The notes beneath the pieces are model-generated. The model saw only the letters and a list, made by a program, of their open reading frames with translations. It ran no database searches and was not told where the DNA came from. A stretch of DNA of 64,000 nt from a virus (lineage: Duplodnaviria > Caudoviricetes): positions 9,819 to 73,818 of the IMG/VR virus record IMGVR_UViG_3300020576_004709; one strand, written 5' to 3'. Every line of letters begins with the position of its first letter. The stretch's first letter is position 1. A program made the position numbers and the translations under genes. This document shows, piece after piece, positions 8,563 through 16,862 of this stretch.

Positions 8563-8928
8563 ATGAAACGATTTCTCTTGGCGGCCGCAATCGTGGCCCT
8601 CGCCGCGATCGACACCCAGGCCCGCGACCGCCGCCGGCCGATCTTGCGGACGGTCCAGGCGACGGCAACTGCGACCCGCGGCGCGGTGTCGATCGTGGCC
8701 GGCAGCTTCGGGGCGATGGCGAAGAGCCTCCAACAGGCTAGCCAGGGCCGCATGGCCCACGTCGGCGTTCTCCAAGCCGGCACCTACGAGGGTGTCGGCT
8801 TCTCGTCGTCCTCGCCCGAACAGGCGCTCGCCGCGTGCTGCTACTCGAACAGCGGCCTACGGGTTATCGACCAGGCCGTCGTGCCCGGACCCGGCGGATG
8901 GTACGCGACGAAGATCTATTCCCGCTGA
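8563..8928 (+). CDS. secreted protein of a planctomycete-type family (EGVGF...CCY...GWYA)
   Basis: Signal peptide MKRFLLAAAIVALAA; AAGGAG RBS; family recognised from memory. Confidence 0.75.
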   Translation: MKRFLLAAAIVALAAIDTQARDRRRPILRTVQATATATRGAVSIVAGSFGAMAKSLQQASQGRMAHVGVLQAGTYEGVGFSSSSPEQALAACCYSNSGLRVIDQAVVPGPGGWYATKIYSR

Positions 8929-8959
8929 CGCGACGCGCGGCCTATACGGATTCGAAAGA

Positions 8960-8995
8960 TTTACGGTTGACATATCCGCAGGCCGGCGTTAGAAA
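8960..8995 (+). promoter_or_regulatory. promoter of the Y RNA cluster
   Basis: TTTACGG-TTGACA-N17-TAGAAA; predicted +1 near 9001-9002 coincides with the 5' end of Y RNA 1. Confidence 0.65.
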
Positions 8996-9001
8996 GGTGT
9001 G

Positions 9002-9059
9002 GCGGGCCGAATGGCGACGGTTACCTTTGTAAATCTCCGTCGTCAACAACCTTGTCCGC
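9002..9059 (+). ncRNA. Y RNA 1 (minimal, Ro60-binding)
   Basis: Terminal helix GCGGGC(C)GA / CTTGTCCGC with bulged C, then TGGCGACGG/CCGTCGTCA upper stem; lies upstream of Ro60. Confidence 0.8.
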
Positions 9060-9072
9060 AAATTTGAAATCT

Positions 9073-9164
9073 CGGGGAAGGGGCGAATGGTCGCCGCGAT
9101 TGTCCGAACTTGCCTCACCGGGCCGATGGACGTCGCAATCGAGTTCGATTCTTGAATTCCCCGC
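9073..9164 (+). ncRNA. Y RNA 2, tRNA-shaped, circularly permuted YrlA-like
   Basis: Acceptor CGGGGAA/TTCCCCG, D arm GGCG-AATGGT-CGCC, T arm TCGAG-TTCGATT-CTTGA; anticodon arm replaced by GCGAT/GTCGC, GTCC/GGAC and a Ro site CTTGCCT-CACC-GGGC(C)GA. Confidence 0.8.
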
Positions 9165-9165
9165 T

Positions 9166-9229
9166 TGGTTGGCCGAATGGTTAGGGTTCTCAGCCAAAAG
9201 AACGCCCTAGCCAAAAAACTTGCCAGCCA
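9166..9229 (+). ncRNA. Y RNA 3 (minimal, Ro60-binding)
   Basis: Terminal helix TGGTTGGC(C)GA / CTTGCCAGCCA with bulged C, upper stem TGGTTAGGG/CCCTAGCCA. Confidence 0.8.
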
Positions 9230-9236
9230 TTTTTCG

Positions 9237-9275
9237 GCCCGGTCGATCTCCTTGGAGGTCGGCCGGGCTTTTTTT
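9237..9275 (+). terminator. intrinsic terminator between the Y RNAs and Ro60
   Basis: GCCCGGTCGA/TCGGCCGGGC stem followed by T7. Confidence 0.85.
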
Positions 9276-9299
9276 GTGCCCGTCACAGAGGGAACGTAC

Positions 9300-10895
9300 A
9301 TGCGAATCGCCGAACACGTCTCGCCGAAGGCCACCCCGCAGACGGAGCCGATCCCGCACAAGCCGATGGTCCAGAACTCGGCCGGCGGCTACTCGTTCGC
9401 CGTGGACGATTGGGCGCGGCTCGATCGCTTCCTCGTCCTCGGCAGCGACGGGGGCACCTACTACGCGACCGAGCGGGCCTTGACCGTCGAGAACGCGAAG
9501 TCCGTCGTCGCGTGCGCCAAGGCCGACGCCGCCGAAGCGGTTCGCAGGATCGTCGCCGTCTCGGATGCCGGCCGCGCCCCGAAGAACGACTACGCGGTAT
9601 TCGCGCTCGCCCTCGTCGCGGCCCACGCGGACGGGCCGGGGAAGTCCGCGGCATACTCGGCCGTGCCGAAGGTCTGCCGCATCGGGACGCACCTGTTCCA
9701 GTTCGCGTCGGCCTCGAACGCGCTTCGCGGTTGGGGCAAGGGCCTCCGCGCGGCCATCGGGAACTGGTACGCATCGCAGGAGCCGAAGAACTTCGCTTTC
9801 CAGGCGATGAAGTACCAGCAGCGGGACGGGTGGAGCCACCGCGACTTGCTCCGGCTATCGCACCAGAAGTTCGAGAACGCGGATTCGAACGCCGTCGCGC
9901 GCTGGGCGGTGAAGGGGTGGGAATCCGTCGGCGAGCAGCCGCACGAGAACCCTAACCTCGCGCCAATTTGGGCCTTCGAGCGGGCGAAGCTAACCGAATC
10001 GGTCCCGGAAATCGTGAAGCTCATTTCCGAATACCGGTTGCCGCGCGAGTGCGTCCCGACGAAGTTCCTGACCGAGCCGGCGGTGTGGGAAGCGCTCCTC
10101 GATCACATGAACATGACGGCGCTCATCCGCAACTTGGCCACGATGACGAAAGTCGGACTGGTCAAGCCCATGTCGAACGCGCTCGTCCAGGTCGTCGGGA
10201 AACTCGGCGACATCGACGGAATCAAGAAGGCCCGCGTCCACCCGCTCGCGCTGTTGGTCGCCCTCGTGACCTACGCCTCGGGCCGCAGCGTCCGGGGCAG
10301 CGCCGAATGGAAGCCGGTCCAGCAGGTTTCGGACGCGCTCGACCGCGCGTTCTACCGCTCCTTCGAGGCCGTGGAGCCGACCGGCAAGCGGTTCCTGCTC
10401 GGGGTGGACGTCTCCGGCTCGATGGGAAGCAACGAAATCGCTGGCATGGCCGGGATGACGCCGAGGGTCGCCGCCGCCGCGATGGCGCTCGTGACGGCCT
10501 CCACCGAGAAGCTGTATCACGTCATGGGCTTCTCGAACCAGTTCGTCCCGCTAAACGTCAGCCCGCAGATGCGCATGGACACGGTCGTGCAGAACATCAG
10601 CGGACTCCCGTTCCAGGCGACCGATTGCGGCCTGCCGATGGTCTACGCGATGCAGAACAAGATCCCGGTCGATACCTTCATCGTTTACACCGACAACGAG
10701 ACCTACGCCGGTCCGATTCACCCGAAGCAGGCGATCGACCGCTACCGCCAGGCGACCGGCATTCCGGCGAAGCTCGTCGTCGTGGGCATGGCCTCGAACG
10801 GCTTCACGATCGCAGACCCGTCGGACGCCGGTATGATGGACGTCGTCGGCTTCGACACCGCAGCGCCGGCTGTCATCGCCGACTTCTCCTGCTGA
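9300..10895 (+). CDS. rsr: Ro60/Rsr TROVE-domain RNA-binding protein with vWA domain
   Basis: NSAGGYSF...RLDRFLVLGSDGGTYY, KYQQRDGWSHRDLLRLSH, ALIRNLATMT, MIDAS VDVSGSM, VYTDNET; RBS GAGGGA. Confidence 0.95.
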   Translation: MRIAEHVSPKATPQTEPIPHKPMVQNSAGGYSFAVDDWARLDRFLVLGSDGGTYYATERALTVENAKSVVACAKADAAEAVRRIVAVSDAGRAPKNDYAVFALALVAAHADGPGKSAAYSAVPKVCRIGTHLFQFASASNALRGWGKGLRAAIGNWYASQEPKNFAFQAMKYQQRDGWSHRDLLRLSHQKFENADSNAVARWAVKGWESVGEQPHENPNLAPIWAFERAKLTESVPEIVKLISEYRLPRECVPTKFLTEPAVWEALLDHMNMTALIRNLATMTKVGLVKPMSNALVQVVGKLGDIDGIKKARVHPLALLVALVTYASGRSVRGSAEWKPVQQVSDALDRAFYRSFEAVEPTGKRFLLGVDVSGSMGSNEIAGMAGMTPRVAAAAMALVTASTEKLYHVMGFSNQFVPLNVSPQMRMDTVVQNISGLPFQATDCGLPMVYAMQNKIPVDTFIVYTDNETYAGPIHPKQAIDRYRQATGIPAKLVVVGMASNGFTIADPSDAGMMDVVGFDTAAPAVIADFSC

Positions 10896-10954
10896 AAAAG
10901 CTGCCCGTCGACTATTGGATAAGTCGCCGGGCGGCCTTCTCAAAGGAATCCATC

Positions 10955-11431
10955 ATGGAAATTCGATACGGCGATCAGGTTATTCCCAAGCGGGCATTTG
11001 TCGAGTTCCTGAGCGATTCTGGCCGTGAAGCGTCCTATTTCACGGACGGCACGAACTGGAACACGGAGCCGGGCGACATCGTCGGCAACCTGCTCGCGCT
11101 CCGGGAGAAGTGGAAATCGCAAACCGGTCGACCGTCCATGCCGAAGGCGGATGCCGAGTCCCTCGTCGAGAGGATCGAAGGCATGATCGCCGCCGGAAAG
11201 GTCGATCGTCAGCAGGCCGAGGAAGCCATCGCCGCCATCCGCCGGGACGCCGGCCTTCTCCCTCTGCCCATCGTCGTTTCAGAGGCCGAGAAGATGGCCA
11301 TGATCCGCGACGGCGTCTTGCAAGAGTTTTTCGGCCAGACGAGCCGCTTGCACTGCTTGCCGCTGGTTGTTCTCAATTCTCCGGTCGATCAGTCCGAAGC
11401 TATTCCAGTTGTGGTTGATCGAAAGAAGTAA
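10955..11431 (+). CDS. hypothetical protein
   Basis: MEIRYGDQVIPK...; AAAGGA RBS. Confidence 0.7.
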   Translation: MEIRYGDQVIPKRAFVEFLSDSGREASYFTDGTNWNTEPGDIVGNLLALREKWKSQTGRPSMPKADAESLVERIEGMIAAGKVDRQQAEEAIAAIRRDAGLLPLPIVVSEAEKMAMIRDGVLQEFFGQTSRLHCLPLVVLNSPVDQSEAIPVVVDRKK

Positions 11432-11436
11432 TCGCA

Positions 11437-11772
11437 ATGGTCGAAATCCTCGACGGACCGGCCGAAGGCGAATCCCTGAGCCTCCGGCGGTCCCCGCTCT
11501 TCCTCCGCGTCGTTCGGTCCCGAACCGGCCATTGGGACGGGCTCGACCAACTCGACGACCAGCCGAAGGCCACGGAGACGATCTTCGTCTACCTGCGGCA
11601 CACCCAGGACACGCCGATTCACTTCAAGATGCAGCGACGGAGTGAGAGCGGATGGTACGCCCGGGCTACTTACAAGCTGTTTTCGGTTCAACCGGCCGAC
11701 TGCGACGCACGGGACAAATTTCGATGGCAGGAGTGGTGCGTCGAACAGGCGAAGAAAAACCCCGGCCAGTGA
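11437..11772 (+). CDS. hypothetical protein
   Basis: ILDGPAEGESL..RRSPLFLRVV...WDGLDQLDDQP. Confidence 0.7.
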   Translation: MVEILDGPAEGESLSLRRSPLFLRVVRSRTGHWDGLDQLDDQPKATETIFVYLRHTQDTPIHFKMQRRSESGWYARATYKLFSVQPADCDARDKFRWQEWCVEQAKKNPGQ

Positions 11773-11783
11773 TGGCCGGGTTT
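11757..11783. terminator. bidirectional terminator between convergent units
   Basis: A-run, CCCGGCCA-gtga-TGGCCGGG, TTT. Confidence 0.65.
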
Positions 11784-11804
11784 CTCTTTGGCACTTCGCC
11801 GGCT

Positions 11805-12335
11805 TCACGGCGTCGGCTTGCGGCGATCGCGGATGAACTTCGCGAGGTTGATGAACAGCGTGATGATCGCCACTGCTTCCGGGATGAACTCGACCGGCTG
11901 GCTCGGCGCGGCCGCTCGCGGCGCGATGGCCTGTTCGAAGCTCACCACGGCGTCATTGCAGGCCGCGAGCGGATCCCCCGTTGAGCTGAACAGCATCACC
12001 GGCACGCGGATCGACGGGTTCGACGGCTGGACGCTCGGATCGGCCGCGACCGGGAAGAAGGCTGCTATCAGTTTCAGGACGTCGCCGGCCTCGCCGAGGA
12101 TGCGGCCCCAATTCCCGGACTGGAACGCCAGGTAGAGTTCGAAGAACTGCATCAAGTCGATCTTGATGCCGGTCTGCTGAACGATCCATTTCAAGACCGT
12201 TTCGAGGGCCGTCGCGTCGCCGGCAGCGAGCGCGTCCTTGATCTCCTGCAACTTCGCCAAGATCGCGGCTTTGACCTTGCCGAGGATCAGGTCTTGAATG
12301 AACCCGCCGACGACGGGTTGAACGGAATTCGACAT
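11805..12335 (-). CDS. hypothetical hydrophobic/helical protein
   Basis: MSNSVQPVVGGFIQDLILG...; GGAG RBS; hydrophobic C-terminal helix. Confidence 0.7.
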   Translation of the reverse strand: MSNSVQPVVGGFIQDLILGKVKAAILAKLQEIKDALAAGDATALETVLKWIVQQTGIKIDLMQFFELYLAFQSGNWGRILGEAGDVLKLIAAFFPVAADPSVQPSNPSIRVPVMLFSSTGDPLAACNDAVVSFEQAIAPRAAAPSQPVEFIPEAVAIITLFINLAKFIRDRRKPTP

Positions 12336-12343
12336 GGAGACTC

Positions 12344-12688
12344 CTAAAGGGGTTTGGAGATTCGGATGTCGGCCGACGATGCGGCCGGCGCTGCTTGAAC
12401 GATTTCCTTCGCCGCCTGCGTCACTTCCGCGGCGGCCTGCTTCACTTCGGTTACGGCCTGCTTCACTTCGACGGCCTTTGTCGCGGTCTCGACCGCGTCG
12501 ACGCGGAAGGTTTCGAGCGCGACGTCCTGCTTGTCGAGACGCTCGACGATGACGGCCTTGTTCGCGTTGCTCGTGCGACGCTGCCAAACTTGAAGGACGC
12601 CGATGACGACCACGCCGACGGCGGCGACGAACTTCGAAGCCTCTTCGAGGAACCGGACCGCGCCGTTCCAGAATTCGCCCCAATCCAT
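12344..12688 (-). CDS. single-TM protein with coiled coil (holin/spanin-like candidate)
   Basis: FVAAVGVVVIGVLQVW TM segment followed by AVEVKQAVTEVKQAAAEVTQ heptads; GGAGG RBS. Confidence 0.6.
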   Translation of the reverse strand: MDWGEFWNGAVRFLEEASKFVAAVGVVVIGVLQVWQRRTSNANKAVIVERLDKQDVALETFRVDAVETATKAVEVKQAVTEVKQAAAEVTQAAKEIVQAAPAASSADIRISKPL

Positions 12689-12691
12689 GAT

Positions 12692-13312
12692 TTACCTCCA
12701 CCATCGCTTCGAGGTTGCCGGAGCCGCGTTCGGACACTTGCCGTCCGGACACGATTGAGCCGACGGGAAAAACGATTGGAGCGGAATGAAGCTCGGTTCC
12801 TTCGCCGGCGGTGCTTTCACCGTCTGGCCGGCCTCGGCGATCCGTGTCCACGGGTAGGCGAGGCCGGCGTGAGGCGCCGCCTTGCCGAGGTTGTCGTTTC
12901 CGTGGATGAGCGTCGTGCCGTCCGGGTACCGGTGGGCGTGGTGGCCGGCCGGAACCACGGCGGTTCCCGAGTTGGTCGCCGACTTCACCGGCTGTTCCGG
13001 CGTTATTTTCGATCCGCCGGAGTTATCGAGCGGGATGTACGAGGGTTCCCCGGTCGCGTCCGGGAAACACCAGAAAACCCCCGACTTGTGGCCGTCGAAC
13101 AATTCCAGGCGAACCGCGTCCTTCGCGTCCTTCGGGGCGTCGTGGCCGACATAGATCCTGACGGACTTGCCCGACTTCACCGCTTGCAAGACGTCCGCGT
13201 AGTCCGTCTTCAACAGAGGAGCCTGCGGCAGTTGAACGGAATTCGCCTCTCGCAGGGGCGGTGCCTGCGGAGGCGTCGAGGAGACCAAGGCCAACATTAG
13301 CAGCGTCGTCAT
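12692..13312 (-). CDS. secreted Pro-rich protein
   Basis: MTTLLMLALVSS signal; C-terminal SCPDGKCP motif. Confidence 0.65.
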   Translation of the reverse strand: MTTLLMLALVSSTPPQAPPLREANSVQLPQAPLLKTDYADVLQAVKSGKSVRIYVGHDAPKDAKDAVRLELFDGHKSGVFWCFPDATGEPSYIPLDNSGGSKITPEQPVKSATNSGTAVVPAGHHAHRYPDGTTLIHGNDNLGKAAPHAGLAYPWTRIAEAGQTVKAPPAKEPSFIPLQSFFPSAQSCPDGKCPNAAPATSKRWWR

Positions 13313-13385
13313 GGTCCAACTCCAATGAAGGTCTATGTAGCGGATATACCTTCGACGTAAGTCGAGCACTTCGAGCCAGTTTACG

Positions 13386-14261
13386 TCAAGCGGCCATGCT
13401 GTTGACGACCGACACCGAGCCGTCCGACTTGAAGTATTTGCCGCGCAGGACAACGAGGCCGCGACGGCCCCATCCCCTCCACGAGTTCAAGTCGAGCCAG
13501 CCATACGAACCCTTCTCGATCCGAACGAGGCGAAGGCCGCAGGTGGAGTGCGACCAGATGTTCCGGTCCGTGGGCACCGGGCAGTTATTGAACATACAGG
13601 TCCACCGCTGCGAGTCCTTGAGCTGTTGCGAGTAGGCCGGCTTGCCGAGGTCGTACCAGTCGTCCGTGACGATGTACTTGGCCATCGAAGCCTTAACGTC
13701 CGGGTCGTTGAAGAGCGAGTTCTTTCGCGAATGCACCGGCCATTGCCCCTCGCCGTTGCCCTCCTCCGCACAACCGATTTCGCGATACTTCGCCAGCGAC
13801 AGGCCGCACCATCCGCCTTCGTCGCGACCGCCCTTGATGATCGACGCCACCGAGTGCGGATTCAAACGGACGAAGGGCAGGTGCAGCGCGAGGCGGCGCA
13901 TCATCAGCGCGGAACCGGTGCTGTAGCTCCAACAGTAGCCGTGGCCGTTTTGGTCCAGGCACGGCCCGGTCCACTCGCGCAGGTACAAGTGCTCCAAGCT
14001 CGACTCGGTCCGCTCCTGCTCGTCATAGAGCGCGTCCAACTCGGATTCCGAGTAGACCTTCATTCCCGACGGCGCGGCCATCATGTCGGGAACGTATTGG
14101 TCGGTTTCGTGCCCCATCCGCACGGGGGTAATTTCTCCGTCGAGGAACAAGTCGTCGATCTTGACGTGCTCGTCGAGGATCGGGATGCCGTCGATGGCTC
14201 CGGCGTACTGGCCGCGCAGCATCGTTGTTGCCGTGCTGCGGTAGATTTCGGGCTTTGCCAC
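13386..14261 (-). CDS. papain-like (C1) cysteine peptidase
   Basis: DQNGHGYCWSYS (oxyanion Gln, catalytic Cys), WSHSTCG (His), LNSWRGWG (Asn); GTG start after GGAGG. Confidence 0.8.
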   Translation of the reverse strand: MAKPEIYRSTATTMLRGQYAGAIDGIPILDEHVKIDDLFLDGEITPVRMGHETDQYVPDMMAAPSGMKVYSESELDALYDEQERTESSLEHLYLREWTGPCLDQNGHGYCWSYSTGSALMMRRLALHLPFVRLNPHSVASIIKGGRDEGGWCGLSLAKYREIGCAEEGNGEGQWPVHSRKNSLFNDPDVKASMAKYIVTDDWYDLGKPAYSQQLKDSQRWTCMFNNCPVPTDRNIWSHSTCGLRLVRIEKGSYGWLDLNSWRGWGRRGLVVLRGKYFKSDGSVSVVNSMAA

Positions 14262-14262
14262 G

Positions 14263-15129
14263 TCAATTACCTCCCAGGTGCTTTTTGATGAGGGAAACCG
14301 CTTCCGTCTCGTTCGCTGGAAGCGGACCGCTGTATCCGGTCGTGCCGTTGCCGAGCATGATCCAGTCCGAACCGCCCTTCTTCGCGAACGCATTCTTGAA
14401 CACTGGTCGGGCGAGCGAAACGTCGGAGTTGGCCGGGTAGATTCGCCACTCCTTCATCACCTTGCCGGATCCGTCCTTCTCGTTTGCCGGGCCTTCCACG
14501 CACCGCTCGTTCAAGAGGTCGCGGACAGCCTTGCCGAACAGGATCGAATTTTGGGCGATCGGCCGGGTCGTGTTAGCGGTGTCGTAAATGATGAGGCAGC
14601 GGTTGCCGGCTTCGGCGAATGGGCTTGTCCCGTCTGGCTTGACGTCGGGGCCGTCCGGTTTCGGCTTTGGGCCAGGCGGCGGTGCCGGCCCGTTCACTTC
14701 GACCATGTACCGCTGGATCTTCGAAGCCTCCATCACGCCCTTCGGCACGATGGCCAACTCGGTATCGCCCTTTGCTCCATCGACCGCTTCGATCTGGTAG
14801 ACGAACTTACCCTTGAAAACCCGTGGCTCGATGCCGTTCGAATCGACGAATTCGGCCTTAATCTTGATCGGCCCCTCTTCGACGGTGTACTTGAGCATTC
14901 CCGGCGGAAAGGACAGCGGAAAGACTTCGACATCCGAGTCGATGATGAAATACTGCTTGCCGTTCAGTTTGTACTTCGAACCGGCTTCGAACGAGGGCGT
15001 GACAATGACCTTCGCCGGTTCGAGCTTCGGCAGGCGGATCGTCGGTGGTGTAACCGGAACGGGATTCGTGATTGGGTCGGCGGCAAACGACTGGACCGAC
15101 AGGAAGAGCGCGAGAAGCAGGGTTCGCAT
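14263..15129 (-). CDS. secreted protein, Pro/Lys linker, possible thioredoxin-like C-terminal fold
   Basis: Signal MRTLLLALFLSVQSFA; GPAPPPGPKPKPDGP linker; RCLIIYD...GYSGPLPANE. Confidence 0.75.
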   Translation of the reverse strand: MRTLLLALFLSVQSFAADPITNPVPVTPPTIRLPKLEPAKVIVTPSFEAGSKYKLNGKQYFIIDSDVEVFPLSFPPGMLKYTVEEGPIKIKAEFVDSNGIEPRVFKGKFVYQIEAVDGAKGDTELAIVPKGVMEASKIQRYMVEVNGPAPPPGPKPKPDGPDVKPDGTSPFAEAGNRCLIIYDTANTTRPIAQNSILFGKAVRDLLNERCVEGPANEKDGSGKVMKEWRIYPANSDVSLARPVFKNAFAKKGGSDWIMLGNGTTGYSGPLPANETEAVSLIKKHLGGN

Positions 15130-15146
15130 GGGTGGCTCGTTGGGGT

Positions 15147-15195
15147 AAAAAGTGGGCGGTGGGATATTCGCTTTCTAATACCCCACCGCCACTTT
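15147..15195 (-). terminator. long hairpin/terminator upstream of the secreted-protein cluster
   Basis: AAAGTGG(G)CGGTGGG ... CCCACCGCCACTTT with a T-run on the minus strand. Confidence 0.55.
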
Positions 15196-15217
15196 GTAAA
15201 TGATCCACCGCGTTTTG

Positions 15218-15514
15218 TCAAACCTTCACGGAGGCCGCCGCCATGCCCTCCTTGAAGATCTCGGCCCCGAGCCGGACGAGTTCGGCCGCGCTCGAGCCGC
15301 CCGGCCCGCAGCCGCACGGAACCCGAACCGCCGCGCCGAGGATCGCGCTCCGTCCCTCGATCGACGCGAACCCGCCGAGTTCCGAGGCGTCGATCCAGTC
15401 CGGGGTGCCGTAGCCTTCCCCGCTCGGATCGCAGACAACTCCGTAGAGTAGCGTTTTGCCCGGCACGCACGCGCCGGCCGGCGGATTAATCACATTGGCG
15501 GGAACCGGTACCAT
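15218..15514 (-). CDS. hypothetical protein
   Basis: 98-aa ORF with GGAG upstream. Confidence 0.5.
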   Translation of the reverse strand: MVPVPANVINPPAGACVPGKTLLYGVVCDPSGEGYGTPDWIDASELGGFASIEGRSAILGAAVRVPCGCGPGGSSAAELVRLGAEIFKEGMAAASVKV

Positions 15515-15526
15515 CGTGGGGTCTCC

Positions 15527-15922
15527 ATGAACAGGAAATGGACCTTCGGAACGGGGATCATTCTAGCCGCGATTGCGGCCTCCGCGCTGTTCGGCTTCCG
15601 GGCCAGGCCCCCGGCCGCCCCGCCATCCACGTTCAGCGTCATCGACGTGCCCCGCATGGCCTACCGGGGCGAGCTGATCGGCCGGCGAATCCGGGTCGTG
15701 CTCCGCTTCCCCCTGCACTTCTCGGACGACCGATCGACCGCAACCTATTCGCCATCGGTGAACGGCACGGCCTCGAAGACGGTCGAATTTCACTTTCGCA
15801 ACGCGGTGAACTATTCCCCCGACGTCGTCGAGGGAACGGTCCAGGAACTCCGGCTCGACGCGATCGACCGAATCAACCGCGTCCCCGGCATCGCCGTCAT
15901 GGTCGATTGCGTTCCCGACTGA
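15527..15922 (+). CDS. membrane-anchored hypothetical protein, antisense to the surrounding operon
   Basis: N-terminal TM FGTGIILAAIAASALFGF then a beta-rich domain. Confidence 0.55.
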   Translation: MNRKWTFGTGIILAAIAASALFGFRARPPAAPPSTFSVIDVPRMAYRGELIGRRIRVVLRFPLHFSDDRSTATYSPSVNGTASKTVEFHFRNAVNYSPDVVEGTVQELRLDAIDRINRVPGIAVMVDCVPD

Positions 15923-16142
15923 GTTCGAGCCGCAGTTCCCGAATCTCGGCGGTCGCCGCGGCGAGCTTGAGGTTCAGTTCCTCTTGATGGCCGATCATCT
16001 GCTCGTGCTTCTGGTTGCTCTGCTGGCGGTTCACGCACCCGCCGAAGATCGAGGCGACGAGCGTGATGGTCGTCAAAAACAGATAGGCCCGCCATTGCGG
16101 CGGGCCTTGTTCGTTGGTCGGGGGCGCTTCCGTCATGGTCAA
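15897..16142 (-). CDS. single-TM coiled-coil protein (spanin-like candidate)
   Basis: AYLFLTTITLVASIFGGC then heptad repeats. Confidence 0.55.
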   Translation of the reverse strand: MTMTEAPPTNEQGPPQWRAYLFLTTITLVASIFGGCVNRQQSNQKHEQMIGHQEELNLKLAAATAEIRELRLELSRERNRP

Positions 16143-16735
16143 GTATCCTTCGGCTTCTCGGCCGGCTTCACGTTGTCAAACGATTCGGGCAAATGCTTTT
16201 CGGGGATGCGGGTCGCAATCCGCTCCTCCGGGGTCAACGGCTTGGGTGCCGGCATCGGCGGTTGCTCCGTCGTCGCCGGCCACCCGCGAAACTGACAATA
16301 CCGCTTCCAGATCCAACTCAGCAGCGACGCTTGGAAGTTCGCGTCGTCGCGCGCCCGCGTGAACAGGTTGCCGATTCCCGCGAGCACGACGTAGCCGCCG
16401 GCACCGGCGAGGACGATGATTGCGGCGGTGAAGCCCGGTCCGCTGCCGATGCTGAACAGCGAGCCGGACATCGTCACCGCCGCGCACCCGATGATTCCGG
16501 CGGCCATCATCCGGGCCAGCACGATCGGGATTCCCGTCGTCCAACTTCCGCCCGGCTTCGTCGGCCACTTCAAGCAACACGAGACGAAGGCCACGAACGT
16601 CGCGAGAACCGACACGACGAACATCTTCGCCCAATTCTCGCGAATCCAAGCCAACGTCGCGTCGTCGTTCGAAACCTGAGCTATCAGGAAGATCGTCCCC
16701 CCGATCGCGAACTCGTGGGTCTGGTTGGAGTGCAT
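16139..16735 (-). CDS. multi-TM membrane protein (holin-like candidate)
   Basis: Three to four hydrophobic segments; GGAGG RBS. Confidence 0.65.
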   Translation of the reverse strand: MHSNQTHEFAIGGTIFLIAQVSNDDATLAWIRENWAKMFVVSVLATFVAFVSCCLKWPTKPGGSWTTGIPIVLARMMAAGIIGCAAVTMSGSLFSIGSGPGFTAAIIVLAGAGGYVVLAGIGNLFTRARDDANFQASLLSWIWKRYCQFRGWPATTEQPPMPAPKPLTPEERIATRIPEKHLPESFDNVKPAEKPKDT

Positions 16736-16862
16736 GGCGATCCTCCATGAACGGTATTGCGAAATGGCGAAAAAAGCGGACATTTTTGTTCCAGAAATTC
16801 GAGTCCCGGAATTGAACGAATTCTATTCTCCGGCGGCGAGACGCACAACCGCCGGGACCGCA

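Noticed and set aside
8389-8775. Minus-strand ORFs over the tRNA region (for example GRESNP...GFEPATS)
   Set aside because: These are antisense translations of the tRNA genes
9073-9164. Y RNA 2 read as tRNA-Sec, an intron-containing tRNA or a pseudo-tRNA
   Set aside because: No 7-nt anticodon loop, no long variable arm and no bulge-helix-bulge; the insert is an exact Ro-site match shared with both neighbours
9165-9299. N-terminal extension of the Ro60 ORF from 9165
   Set aside because: It overlaps Y RNA 3 and the terminator; ATG 9300 has the RBS and begins the TROVE homology
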